Under the pieces are notes generated by a model, which was not told the origin of the DNA, did not search any database, and saw only the letters and a list, made by a program, of their open reading frames with translations. A stretch of 63,575 nucleotides of DNA, filler included, from Reticulomyxa filosa (taxonomy: Eukaryota; Protista; Foraminifera): NCBI GenBank assembly GCA_000512085.1. It is 17 parts of 17 records of this genome, joined end to end, with 100 filler letters (N's around TTAATTAATTAA, not from the genome) between each part and the next. Parts side by side here need not be neighbours in the genome. Positions count along the whole stretch, not along the records: positions 25,976 to 31,666 come from ASPP01022871.1; positions 31,767 to 40,727 come from ASPP01002567.1; 15 more parts are not named here. One strand, given 5' to 3'. Shown here piece after piece: positions 26,049 through 38,474 of this stretch. Every line of letters starts with the position of its first letter. The first letter of the stretch is position 1. A program made the translations under genes and the position numbers.

Positions 26049-26101
26049 CATCTCTATAAGGTGCCATTTTAGGTATCAACTTTACTTTGCATTCTACTGT
26101 A
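26049..26101 (+). repeat. Dispersed ~50-bp repeat, copy 2
   Basis: CATCTCTATAAGGTGCCATTTTAGGTATCAACTTTAC...TTCTACTGTA. Confidence 0.75.
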
Positions 26102-26890
26102 CAAGTATGTATGGTAGTCACTGTCAGTGAACTCAGTAGTTGGCTTAATAACATAAAATCGACAAACTAATGTCATTAATGACATTGATAAGTTGCTTCC
26201 ACTACACGTAACATTAAATTCATCTCAATTCATTTTGTATACCAAAATTGCAAAAGATCGAATTAATAAGCAACGTTTTCCATTTGTTTATTCTAAAAAG
26301 CAAAGATATTAGCAAATTATAAATTCGCTTGAAAATAATTATTCTCAATATATCAAATCAAGTTAAAAGGTTACTATTTTGACACTATTGTAGTACGAGA
26401 CTACGTGATGGTGAGCCATAAGTGTCCTATTCTTAAATTAAAACTTTTATTTTACTTTCCACTTCTAACTCTTACTTTAAGCCTCTATTTTGTCTCGTGG
26501 CCACTCTACACTACAATTGCCATTTATTTAAAATTATTTTACAGATAAGTCCACGTAAAGAAGCTTACAGTCGAACAGTTGAAAGCAAATGCAGCATTAT
26601 AGATAATTGACTTTTTTTAATATAGATTAGTTAGTGAAACGTTTTTGGGGATATCCATAAATCATGTCATTTTTAAATGTAGTCTGGTTCGTTGATAATT
26701 TTTTCAAGTTTTTTTAAAATTAAAAATTCTTTTTTTACAGATGTTTTAAAATTTTAGTTCAAAGTTTTATGTTGATAGTATAACAATTTCAGAATCTGAC
26801 TACTTTATTATTCATTCATAATTTATTTTTTGTGCTCAATGTCAAAATTGTTTAATTTGAGATGGTTCACTTTAAATCTCAAAATTTGTA

Positions 26891-27718
26891 TCAATGTTGA
26901 TCAGACGCTGAAATTTTTTTTTGAGCAAAAACAAGGAAATCAAAAGGAGCATAACAAACAGTAACAGGAATATGCAATAAATGATTAGTGTCAGATCGAA
27001 GTAGAGTTGGCCATGTAAAATAACCAATATTATCACAATCATGCTTTCCTAAATAATCTAATATAATTTCAGGATTTCTAGATTGGACTTCATAATTTAA
27101 TTGTGGATTAGAAGTAAATTGTAAAGGATAAAGTTGTAAAGAAGGCTTTGATAATAAGCAACTCCACATACTTCGTAAACATGATTGAATTAATTCGTTT
27201 TTTTTATTATTTAATTTATTATCTTCTTTCTTCTCTTTTGTTTTATTAATAATTATGTTTAATAAATCTCGAAAATATGTATTTTCTTTACTAATTTCTT
27301 CTTCTAATTTTAAATTAATACTATTTTTTCCTTCTTCACATAATTGTATAAATGATGATTTAAATTGTTCTTGAAATATTACTTGAAAATATCTTTGTGC
27401 AATTTGTTTATTTGATAATCCAAATGGTTTTCGTAAACATTCTAATTGATTATTCCAATACCAATTTACAAATTCATATGATAATTTTAAAATTGTGAAT
27501 GATACACAATGTGAAAATCTTGCCAAAAATGTTATTTCAAATTTTCCTTTTATATTTTCATCACTTTTTAATTCTTTCATTATTTCACGTGTCAAATTCA
27601 ATCGATAATTACGACTTAGTGCCTCATATTCACTCGTTATTTTACTCATTGATGGAAATTCACTCTCTATTCCTACTCCCATTGTCAATTCGCACATTCT
27701 TCCTCTCAACTCTTGCAC
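26891..27718 (-). CDS. Hypothetical protein, C-terminus reminiscent of the Mieap/SPATA18 C-terminal domain
   Basis: 275-aa open frame in AT-rich DNA. LIQSCLRSMWSCLLSKPSLQL...IGYFTWPTLLR loosely resembles the Mieap C...W....P / Y..WP.L pattern. The family call is weak. Confidence 0.45.
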   Translation of the reverse strand: MQELRGRMCELTMGVGIESEFPSMSKITSEYEALSRNYRLNLTREIMKELKSDENIKGKFEITFLARFSHCVSFTILKLSYEFVNWYWNNQLECLRKPFGLSNKQIAQRYFQVIFQEQFKSSFIQLCEEGKNSINLKLEEEISKENTYFRDLLNIIINKTKEKKEDNKLNNKKNELIQSCLRSMWSCLLSKPSLQLYPLQFTSNPQLNYEVQSRNPEIILDYLGKHDCDNIGYFTWPTLLRSDTNHLLHIPVTVCYAPFDFLVFAQKKISASDQH

Positions 27719-29998
27719 TTCGTTATATAATTGCTCATTCGTCCTGAGTTTGTTGTGTGTGTCACTACATTCTTAGTTTTAGAATATTTTGTGGTGCATA
27801 TTTTTTCTTGCCAGTTAATAGATAACAAAACTTGGAGCGATCCTTTAGATCTTGTGAACGCTTATTCAGTTCCGTGTTTAAATTGTATTGACTTTGATCC
27901 CAAACTCTATTGTTTTAAAAGTGGTATTAGTATGGAAATAAGAACAAAATGGCTCAAAAATCGGTTTTTTTGATCAGACAGCAGACCCATTTTTTTTGGG
28001 TTCCGTCTATGAAAGGAAGTACACGTAGACAAGTGGACAAGCAAAGCTGTTAGAGTTTTTCTTATCATTGTAATAGACAAATTAGATCAAAATTTGGGTA
28101 AACTTGAAAGGCTAAGGTCAGGTGTTCTGGAATCACCTGCAGTTTATTTTGTATTTTGTGTCAAATTGGAAAAGTAGGAAAACACAAGCTAAACTTTCAA
28201 ATCATCCGGTGCATTCTTGGTGCCATTGTCTAGTTCCACCAGAATTTCTTCATCTTGGAGGAAATTTTTTACACGGGAACATTCTGTATAACTTGAAGAC
28301 CAAAGCTTCATGAGAGGTTTTTCAGTTTCGTAAGACACTAACGTCCCAATTGACAACTTTTTTTAAACATCAATTTTCACAAAATGATTGTTTTCTTCTT
28401 TTAAAAAGAGACAAAAGAAACCAAACTCCTTGAGAAGACATTGATTTCGCACAATATGACACCAAGGATTGGATAATTTGTTTCAATACTTCAGGAGATT
28501 CATTTGTCTAAATATTGAATAACACAATGTCGAAATAGAGTGAGTAAACTTTTCCTCAAAAAATGAATTACCTTCATATCCACAAATTGTGTATGCCGAT
28601 CCACCTTTGAAACACTAGAACATCCTTGAAACGTTTGAAAAAAGCACTCATATAAGTCGTCTTTGAGAATAAGAACTGGCTCTATTGTACCCACCGTAAC
28701 GTTTTTCATCCACCAAACCTGTTTTGTATTTTTTATTTGTTTGGGTAATTAAATCTCCAATTTTAAGAATACTTACTCAACTTTCGGATTTGAAAAAAGT
28801 TTGCTTAGCTCGTTCACTGATATCATTGACGAAGCTTTTGTTGCAGATTTTGACTATCAGATATTAAATATATACACAAAAGACTGCATTGTTTTGCACT
28901 GTATGCTTTCAAAACGCAACCTGGACATATGAGCAAAAAATAATTTAACCGTCGTTTTTAATAGATCGCTTAAAGCTAGTTCCACGACATCCCCCAGCAA
29001 CATATGTTTGTCCCATAAATCTCCAATATATATATAACCACTTGATAATAGACGCCGATGTGCTGATGAAAGATTAGTAGTTACGGAAGGTAAACCTTTT
29101 GGAAAATTACTTTTCAGCATACTTTGTGGTATCGATTATTTTTAATTATGAAACTAAAAGAATATAAAAATAAGAGCCACTCCAAAAACAAGAATTAATA
29201 AACAGGAAGCAAGGATTCAAATACAAAAAGAACACAAATCATCAAAAATTATTATTTTATTCTTAACACTGTCACAATGTATTTGTCTCGCATGAGTCTG
29301 TACGTATCATTTCCATTTATGCAACCTAGTCTAGCAAAGCCCTGTTGCTTAAGGTTTTGGATATGTTCGTCATAACTATGGAAATGATAATCTGTCATTC
29401 TACACGTATTGCGAGAGGACTTGAATTCTTTGAATCGGAATAGAATTGCTGAAGTGAGAATTTGTAGGATAAAATTTGGAGAACAGCCTAGTTGAAATTA
29501 AAACTATGATACCAATTGAACAAAATACTACAAAACTTTTTCACATTTTTTAAAAAAAACGACTGTGTGATTGTTTGAGTTGCACACATCATTTTACATT
29601 CAAACTGCGAAGAAAGATTTGCCAATATAAATAATACAGACTGAAAAAAGATATTTGATAAAATGGACGTCAACTTCTCAATTCTTTCTTATTTGGATAA
29701 GAGATATTGTTACAAATGTTTCTTTTTTTTTGCGACGACAACGGTTCCACATTGTTCAAAAAAATATTGTTGTATTTAAGAATTGTTATTTAAAAAATAA
29801 AATTGTCAAAAATGTTATTATCAGTACAAGTGATTCATATCTTGTTGTTTTTTTTTTTTGGGTCCAAGTTATTATCTTCTTTAGACTTTTTTGGAAATGG
29901 CAAGTTTTCAGTCAGCGAATTTGAATTTGGAGTGTCAATCACGGCAAATAGTTTAGGTGGCCAAAATAATCTCTAAAACACTGAAAAGATAGCCACAA

Positions 29999-31571
29999 TT
30001 ATGCTCCATGCAACCAATCAATCTCGATAAGCTTCTCTGTGTCTAATTGAACCTTGACTTGAATTTCGGCTCTGTTGAAAAAGAAAGCAATTGGAATTTC
30101 TTTTTCTTCAGCGCCTGTCCCTTCCCACCAATCGCCTGGTAGCTCAAAGGTGCCTCGTGCACAAACGGTAGCATCAGTACACCGTTTGGGGTCTTCATCG
30201 TCGCTGCGATGAATTTCAACAGTGATTTCTTTGTTGCCTTTTTTGAGGGGTTGAAAATATTTCACGATTGGAGGATCATACACATTCATTTTGTCATTTT
30301 TGCGGGTAAATACTTCAAATCCATGTTCAAATATGTACATATGATCTTCTTCACTCCATATTTTGCCATCTTCTCCGTCGTACTCTGCCCAAACGCGAGC
30401 ACATCTTAATCCGTACGTATACGTCATTACGTACGCCACGATTGAGGACGGATCCATGCCAAATCGAACCGCACCTTCCATCACAGCCAAAATGGGTTCT
30501 TCTGGTTTTGTTATTGTTTTTATCATCTTGTGCTTTGTGATGAATTCATCTCGTAGGCGTTGTATAACATAATGTGATGTGGACAACCCTCCAACACACA
30601 ACATGGTCTGGCATCCTTGCAATGGTCGTTTCATCAACAACGTATGGACATGTTTGATAAGGGGATCGACAACTTGTTCCATCAAATATATCCATCCTTC
30701 ATGGCCTATACATAAACTTCCGATATCTTCGTCCAATTCGATTATGCCACTTTTGTCTTTCAATTTGTACTCTTTCACTTTTTTGACCATTGTGTCGATG
30801 TCGATATCGCGTTTATCCATAAAATCTATTATGCTGCTTATTTCCACTATTGGTGGTTCTGATGGAGTTGGTTTATAGTTGTGCTTGGCCAGTCGAAAAT
30901 CTTCTTTCAATCGAATAAACGAGTTTGGACACTTAACTTTGAACTCTTCCATCATTTCTCTTCCAAACATTTCACACAATATTCCCCAAAAGGCTTCGTC
31001 AATGTATGTGCTACCCCATGGTCCGCCACTAGGAGCATGGATTTGTGACACTCTCATATTGTCCCACATGCAATGGCAAGCAATATCTGCAGTACCGCCG
31101 CCCAAATCCAACAGGATATATTTGTCGTCTTTTTTTAAATCGCAATATCTGCGAGCGGCGATGCTCCCACACTCTGTTTTTTTTTTTTTTTTTTTTGGTC
31201 CATTTAACACAATAATTTTCTTTTTGAAAAGGGAGAGCAATATGACAAAAATAAATCACACCTGGTTCGAGTGCAAACACCAAATGGTTAAAAATGTCTC
31301 TTTTTATTAATCCCGCACGAAGGGCAGCCTCCCTCATTTTGTTTTTTGCTGTGTTGGACCAAATGGCTGGGACAGTTACTACCCATTGCACATCTTCAAT
31401 TTTTTCCACTTTGATGTCTTTGAGAACTTTCATAATGTGTTTTCGCAGAAATATAAACGTCTGCGTTAATATTTCCTCAGATTCTCTCGTGCGTCCATTT
31501 GCAGCTGTCAAATATGACTTTGAATCTACTTTCTTCTCGTCGTCACATTTGTTTTCATTTCCTTTTGCCAA
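29999..31571 (-). CDS. HSPA12-like atypical Hsp70 (5' truncated; intron ~31261-31174)
   Basis: WVVTVPAIWSNTAKNKMREAALRAGL, LVFALEP|E, LLDLGGGTADI, SGGPWGSTYIDEAF, CVGGLSTS and AVMEGAVRFG are HSPA12-family signatures. Confidence 0.85.
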
Positions 31572-33178
31572 TGTTTTTATCCATTATTTTACGCACTCGA
31601 TTTTTTTTTTTTCCAAACAGACAAACAAAAAAAAAAAAAACAAATAAATTTTAAGTAGCCTGACCANNNNNNNNNNNNNNNNNNNNNNNNNNNNNNNNNN
31701 NNNNNNNNNNTTAATTAATTAANNNNNNNNNNNNNNNNNNNNNNNNNNNNNNNNNNNNNNNNNNNNTGTTTACAGATACATTAACTGTATCTAATGATAA
31801 TATACACAGACCTTTTTACCAAAAATTTGTTTCCAAGCACACTCTCATTTGTTTATTGCTCATCACTTTTTTATACACCGTATGAAGGTATTTTCTTTGG
31901 AATAGAGAAATTATGATGAGATATCCAAATCAATTTTTTTAAAATGGAAAAAATTTAAAAAGAAAAAATCTGATTGCAAAGCAACAAAAATACTTGGATC
32001 ATCCAGTCGCTGCTATTCGTTTCACAATTCAGCCAGCTTGTAGTCAGTTCACTGTAATCGGGTGAAAGGGAAAGTAAAAGATTTTCTAATGTGTTGAAAA
32101 TGTAAAGAATAATTAAGATTATCTATTGCTTTTGATATAATTCAATTTTGTCTCAAATAATAAAAAAATTATACTGTAAACAATTTGGACACTCTTCAAA
32201 AGAATTTTCTACTAATACTTGATTGCGCGTCTTTTTTTTTAAGTGTAACTTGTTCAGTTTAGACACCTTTTTTTCTTCCAAAAAAAGTCTTTCCAATAAA
32301 AAAACATGACAACAGTGACATTTGTCGATCTTACAAACCAAATGAGCGATTTTCCTGAAGTCCAAAATGTGTTATCGTTAATCATGCAAAAGGAAGACTA
32401 CGTCACAGTTAGACAATCAATGATCATTTATGTTATTTACATAACATCATCACTTAAGTCGATTAAAACTATCTATTGTAACTTTGCATCAAATCGACTT
32501 GTAATCTATTGGTATAATTGCGAAGTTTTTTCAAAGTTTATCAAGACATTGAATGAAAATAATAGTTGAAGTATGTATCAAGTTAAACACATACATTCAT
32601 AAAAAAAGAAAAAAAATAAAGACAATTCAATAAAAAAAAAATTACGTACATGCAATATGTAAAAAACAACATGTACGAACAATTGATGATAATTAATATG
32701 ATGGACTTTTAAGTCCAATAATTCTACATTCAACAAATGATTGCTAAAACAAAGTGATGACCAACAAAAAATTTGAACCAACAAAAAAAAAAAAGGTATA
32801 TAAAGACTATGTTTTTTCTTGTGCAATGTGTATTTCAGATTGACATGGAGTCCAAAAGCGCAATTGTCGATATCGCAAACTAATATGGAATAATAGTTGA
32901 ATTGTGGAAATGCGACGAATTGTAAGTGGTGAATGTGTCGTTGATGTAGTACAGAAGATGAGAAGTGTATATAATAATAGAAAAAAGAAAAGAAAAAGAA
33001 AAATTATGAAAGATAGAGAAATGCATTGATTAGATTGAGTGGAGGATTTATTTTTAGGAGCAGAAAGATCGATCAATACGAGTAAGAATGTACATGCGAT
33101 TGCATGAAAGATCTCTTTCTGCCTCCTCAATACATCAGGACCAGTTGAAGAAAATAGAATGTGAACGGATAGTCGAAT

Positions 33179-33272
33179 CTCCCGACCGAGATTAATCACC
33201 GACCAAGATTAACCTCCAAACACAGTGAACCCCCGACCAAGGTTAACATGTGTGATCTCCCCGACCAGAGAT
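33179..33272. repeat. Cluster of four short CCGACC(A/G)-containing direct repeats
   Basis: CCGACCGAGATTAA, CCGACCAAGATTAA, CCGACCAAGGTTAA, CCGACCAGAGATCA. Confidence 0.7.
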
Positions 33273-33301
33273 CATAATAGAAAACCTCTTTTATTTTTTT
33301 G

Positions 33302-33540
33302 ATGGTGTCTCCACAGGTGCTAACAACATTTATTGAAGCACTCCTGCAGTTTTTGCGTGGTGTCTCCACTTGGTGCAGGCAATATAACGTTTGGTGTACT
33401 CCTTCAGTTGTTTGTGGTGTCTCCACTTGGTGCACCTAACATAACATTGCAGCACTCCTGCAGTTTTGTTGTGGTGTCTCCACTGGTGACGACAATATTT
33501 ATTGTGGCACTCCTTCAGTTTTGGAGTGGTGTCTCCACTG
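33302..33540. repeat. Tandem ~56-bp minisatellite, five copies of core TGGTGTCTCCAC
   Basis: Cores near 33302, 33357, 33414, 33471 and 33526 (periods 55, 57, 57, 55). The intervening segments share ACTCCT(G/T)CAGTT. Confidence 0.85.
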
Positions 33541-34982
33541 GAGGTATCTATAATAAATTCTCATCATTTATGTTCGCCTCCATTCACACTCTACTTTTCA
33601 TCCAACATCCTTACTCGGTTTTTGTCCTGATGTAAATCATCGGAGACAAAAACTTCAACAATAACAACAAAAAAGTTATCTGCATAGATAACCTCCACTC
33701 ATTTATTTTTTTTTGTTGTTTATTGTTGGTGGGTGATTTGCTGTGTGGGTTTCTGCATCCTCACACTCTAATCTTTGCACCCCTTTCTCTTCCATTATCT
33801 TTCCCCCTATTTTCTTTTCCCTAATATTATGTACACTTTCATCTACTATACATACCATAGACTCTATAGCTGTTTCGTCTTTGCTATTTTAAATAGTGAA
33901 ATTTTCGTACGGTCCATATTTTCAAGATTGATATAACACGAATGCTTAATGTAACAATATCCAACATTATATTGATCAATTTGTACCAACAATATTCCAA
34001 CTTTATTCCATTATCTTCGATTGCTATTTGGACTGCAACATTGCTAAATATCTTTGGCTTTTCCATCGTTATGACCACTCAATCAGGTAATACCAAAAAA
34101 ACAAATCTCAGAAAAAATAGATGATAATAAAAAAATATGTTGTGTAAAAAAACAAATATATATTTAGAAAAAAGTGATGAAATGTTACATTTTGATGTAG
34201 CTTTTCACACTTTTTTTTGTGATAAATGTGTATTATGTGGATTATAAAAGAATTTTTAAAATCCACAATATCTCAAAAAATATATCTATAAAAAATAGAA
34301 CAATATCATTCCCAACAAGTGCGAAATTTGTAATATTCTGGAGTATACATTGCAAGACTTCAACGCATGTACCCATCAACAGTTTCAATATTGTAATAAG
34401 AATATTATCTCCAGCTACGGTTTCAATAACACTTGATATGAATGAGATATCTGCATTTATTTTATGTACATAGCTTTGGTAAGTAATGTATGCCGTTATC
34501 GTTAATAAAATCATTATTGCACCAACAACAAACATCCACAATGATACTTGATCTTTTTTCATTTGGATTGTATCATGGTCTACACTATCGTAATTTTGGA
34601 ACATTGATCGTGATTGATTTGCTATAGAAAGTACATGCAATACACAAACGAAGAATGTATATCTTAAAATAAATTTTAAAAATACATACGTTGGATGATT
34701 TTGATATTTTTTTCACGTTTTTCAATTGAAGCAATTTGTGGTACTTCTGGGAACAATATTATATTGCCTCTGCATCTGCTGGTATTTGATACTGTTTCTA
34801 TGGAAAAGAATGTGGATAAAAAAATTTAAAATATGGATATACAATGTATGTTTGTGTTTTTATGTATATTTAATGTTTATTTCTAAACTTTTTTTTTCAA
34901 TTCGTTTTTTTTCCGTTTGTGCATCTATGTTGTGTTATATTACATATGACTAGTTTAGATTTAATCAATTAATAAAAATTTT

Positions 34983-35576
34983 TTAAAAACCTGTTTGCAC
35001 TGGGAATTCAGGCCAATCAAAATGTATATCTATGGTTTTTATGAAAACAACAATGTATGTTATCCATATCAATTTATATAAAAACATTTTACAAAAACAC
35101 TTTAACAGATTTTGATTATTCATACCTTCAAGTTCCCGATGATTTGATCGATTTTGTGGTTGTATTGGAAATTGTTGTTGCCTTCGATTTTGTAACGATT
35201 GCCAATGTAGTTGATATTGTAATTGATTATATGTTGGTATACTTTTTATTTCTTTCATGGTTACATCGTTGTAACTACTATTTAAATCGATCATATCAAT
35301 TACCACTTCAATATCCTTCATCTCAACGTCTTGAGCTGCCTCTTTTGCTTCTATCATATTGACGTTGTCCTCAATTACATCTTCCATCACAACATCTTTG
35401 TCTATTACTTCACTTATTATCACATCAATATCAACTTCGTGCATGTCAACATAGTCTATTTCTTGGTGCTCCAGTCCATCATATCTTTCTATCATATTTA
35501 CATTATCGACAGCTTCTTGCATATCAACATTGTTCATTGGCTCCATTGTGTGGATATCTATGGTATATTTATACAT
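34983..35576 (-). CDS. Hypothetical protein with internal acidic DVxM-type repeats
   Basis: 197-aa ORF in very AT-rich DNA with repeated NVDM/NVNM/DVVM/DVEM/DVTM units. No family recognised. Confidence 0.35.
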   Translation of the reverse strand: MYKYTIDIHTMEPMNNVDMQEAVDNVNMIERYDGLEHQEIDYVDMHEVDIDVIISEVIDKDVVMEDVIEDNVNMIEAKEAAQDVEMKDIEVVIDMIDLNSSYNDVTMKEIKSIPTYNQLQYQLHWQSLQNRRQQQFPIQPQNRSNHRELEGMNNQNLLKCFCKMFLYKLIWITYIVVFIKTIDIHFDWPEFPVQTGF

Positions 35577-36530
35577 ATATATTAACGATGATATTAAATA
35601 AAGTATTACATAATTATGAAAGTGCGTAGTATTTATTATTTTACTTAATCTGTCGAATTTTTGTATTAGTTCTATATTGTGATATATGGAATATTTAATG
35701 TTGTTATTTGTATTGTGTTGTATGTAATCTTTGTTTGATCATGTCGTTTTTGAAAAGAATAGAGTCAGAGAAAGTCAAGTGTTACTTGCAAAATTCATCT
35801 TTTTTTTTGTTAATTTTTTCAAAATTTTTCAAATTTCTTTTGTTTTTTTCAAAAGTGTTTGTGTTTTTGCTTCTGTTGTTTGGTGTTCAAAATAAAAAGT
35901 TCATTGCTATTTCCCTTTTGTGATTTTTTTTTAATTAACGAAATCAATTATAATAAAAATAAACTTTTACAATTACTTGTCAACTCAAAACGTTGAGACT
36001 CAAGTTCTAAACATTTTTCCAGCTTGTGATATTCTATTTGTTTTTTTAACAAAACAAATCAATCCAATTACGTTCTTGTAACAAAAGATCATTTTCGTTC
36101 CATTTATATTATTGACTGGTCAAAATAATCGATGATATTTAGATATCAAATTGATAATTCTTCAGTATAATTTTTCCTCTTTTGGATCTCTTTTTTCAAT
36201 ACAACTTTTTTGTAATTTCTTTTTGTTTATTTTTTCTTTTTTCCAATTAAAATGATTGAGAGCAATTTGTTGATAGGATGAAAGGTAGATATTAATAACC
36301 GTTTATTTTCTTATTTCTTTTTTATGTTGAAGACAGATCACAATGATATCATTTAAAAACAAGAAATGAAATATTTTTTATAGTTTTTCATTTAATGGTG
36401 CAATTTAAGGATGGAAGCAAACAGTGTCATGTCGACGACTACGATATCTTCGTCATGGTTTGTATAAATATACTCGCACCATTGGATTTGCAGGATTGGT
36501 GGCAATATCCATCTGTAATGGACATGATAA

Positions 36531-36674
36531 TGTCTCCCCCTTTGTTGCAGGTCATGTGATCGTGTCAATCGAGGGGTCGAGGCCTATTCATACTAACGAT
36601 GCTACGCTCTTTATCTGGCGGACGACGGTCGTTGTTGGCGTTTATTCCATTGTTTTGGAGTTATCATTTTTATT
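36531..36674. repeat. ~145-bp duplicated segment, copy A
   Basis: Closely similar to 38331-38474, exactly 1800 bp downstream (TTTGTTGCAGGTCATGTGATCGTGTCAAT...ATTGTTTTGGAGTTAT). Confidence 0.85.
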
Positions 36675-38330
36675 CCCAACTTCAGCATTTTCCTATTCAG
36701 ATAAAATTTCATAAATAATTCACTTTAAATTCATTTTTGAGACTGCAGAATGGCTCCTGATTGTTCATAACGAAAAATACATACAATTTGCATGTTCTTT
36801 TAAATAACTGCACAAGCATTTGCTATTGCCATTCAAATCAAGCCAATGTTTCAAACTTCCCTTCTTATTTTTCAAATATTTTACTCAAATCAATGAAAAC
36901 AAAAAAATACAAAGGTATATACTTCACTTTTGCCTATGTGGTTTCATTCAAGCCAAAAAAGCATACCAAATTTCAAAGTCTTTTTCTATTGTGCTCGAAC
37001 ATGTATATACAACAAAATATATACTTTTTGATTTGTTGTCAGCTCCTTCACCACACTGGAGAGAGCAAATGTATCGCGACACTGGTTCATTTCCATCAAC
37101 AGTCTGCTGTCATTACTGTTGGCATTTAGGATTGATATGATCGTAATGATGAATAATAATATTTATTTTTGTTCCATTGTCACTATTGTTTTGTTGTGAC
37201 TAAAAATGATATTGAAAATGATTATCTCGAATAAAGTGACTTGTGTGAGATAGTGATGAACACACACACAAGTCGAGTAGGAAGCAATCAATATTGTTAC
37301 ATCTCTATGGAAAAGATGATGATCACCATATTCTATTCTCTTTTCTTTCAACATTTGTTTCAGCACGTTTTGCTTCATCCAATATTTGTTCTTAATCTTC
37401 TTTTCTTCTTTTAAGCTACGAGATAATTTGTGCTTGTTTCTTTCTCCTTGTAAATAGATTCATCTTCCATTTCTTCTGGGGTAAAACATGACCTGGAGCC
37501 TATTGACTGTCAGCATATGTTTCACAATGCGTATCCAATGTGTAGAATTGCACAATGACTTAGTCATATGGGCTGGTGTGATTCCAGCTGGATACTAAAT
37601 ATTTTATTTTATTTATAACATTATTTTAATCTATTTTACATAATATTCTTATATCTTTTATTAATATTAATAAAAAATTTTGATTTTTATTTAAATTATT
37701 TATAAACAAAAATATTTAAATATACTTTTTATTATGACAAAAAAATACTTAAAGAAATTGTTTTTCATAAAATATATTGTATTATTTTCTTTTATTTAGA
37801 AAATATAACTTATTATATTTGATATTAATTATCAAAATCAACAAATACAATGTATGAATTTTAATTTTATGCTTACAATATGCTGTATTATATTAAGTGA
37901 TATAATATAATAAAATTTGATTTTATCATTATTCATTAAAATAATTTATTTTGCAAGAAATACACTAAGTAAAGCACAAAAGTTTATTATTAGTACATTT
38001 TTTCTAGTTAAATTTAGCAATGTAATGGAAGAAAAAGATGACTAGTTGTTTGTTCAGATTGTTTATGTTTAGTCTATTTTTCTCTATTTTACTTATTCTC
38101 CTATTTTTTATTTCTATTTTTGCTTTGTTTTCATTTGGTTCACCCAATTGTTGCATATTAGCAGCAAAACATAGTTTCATTGTTTTGGAATGTGCGTGTT
38201 TTATTTTATCCTCTTTTTTTTTGCCAATTCGACTGAGGATTTCTTGTTCAATGTTTCTTTTGTTTGAGCAAATGTCGCAACATTTTTTGTTTAAAACTGT
38301 CTGTTTGAGATGCAATTGGTGGCAACGTCT

Positions 38331-38474
38331 ATCTCCTCCATTTGTTGCAGGTCATGTGATCGTGTCAATTGAGTGGTCAAGGCAAATTCATACTAGCTAT
38401 ACAACGTTCTTTATTTGGATGACGATGGCAGTTGTTGGCATTTATTCAATTGTTTTGGAGTTATTATTTTTATT
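38331..38474. repeat. ~145-bp duplicated segment, copy B
   Basis: Direct repeat of 36531-36674 with scattered substitutions. Confidence 0.85.

Noticed and set aside
33302-33540. CRISPR array
   Set aside because: The conserved core is only ~12 bp, the spacers are homologous to each other, no cas genes are present and the context is eukaryotic.
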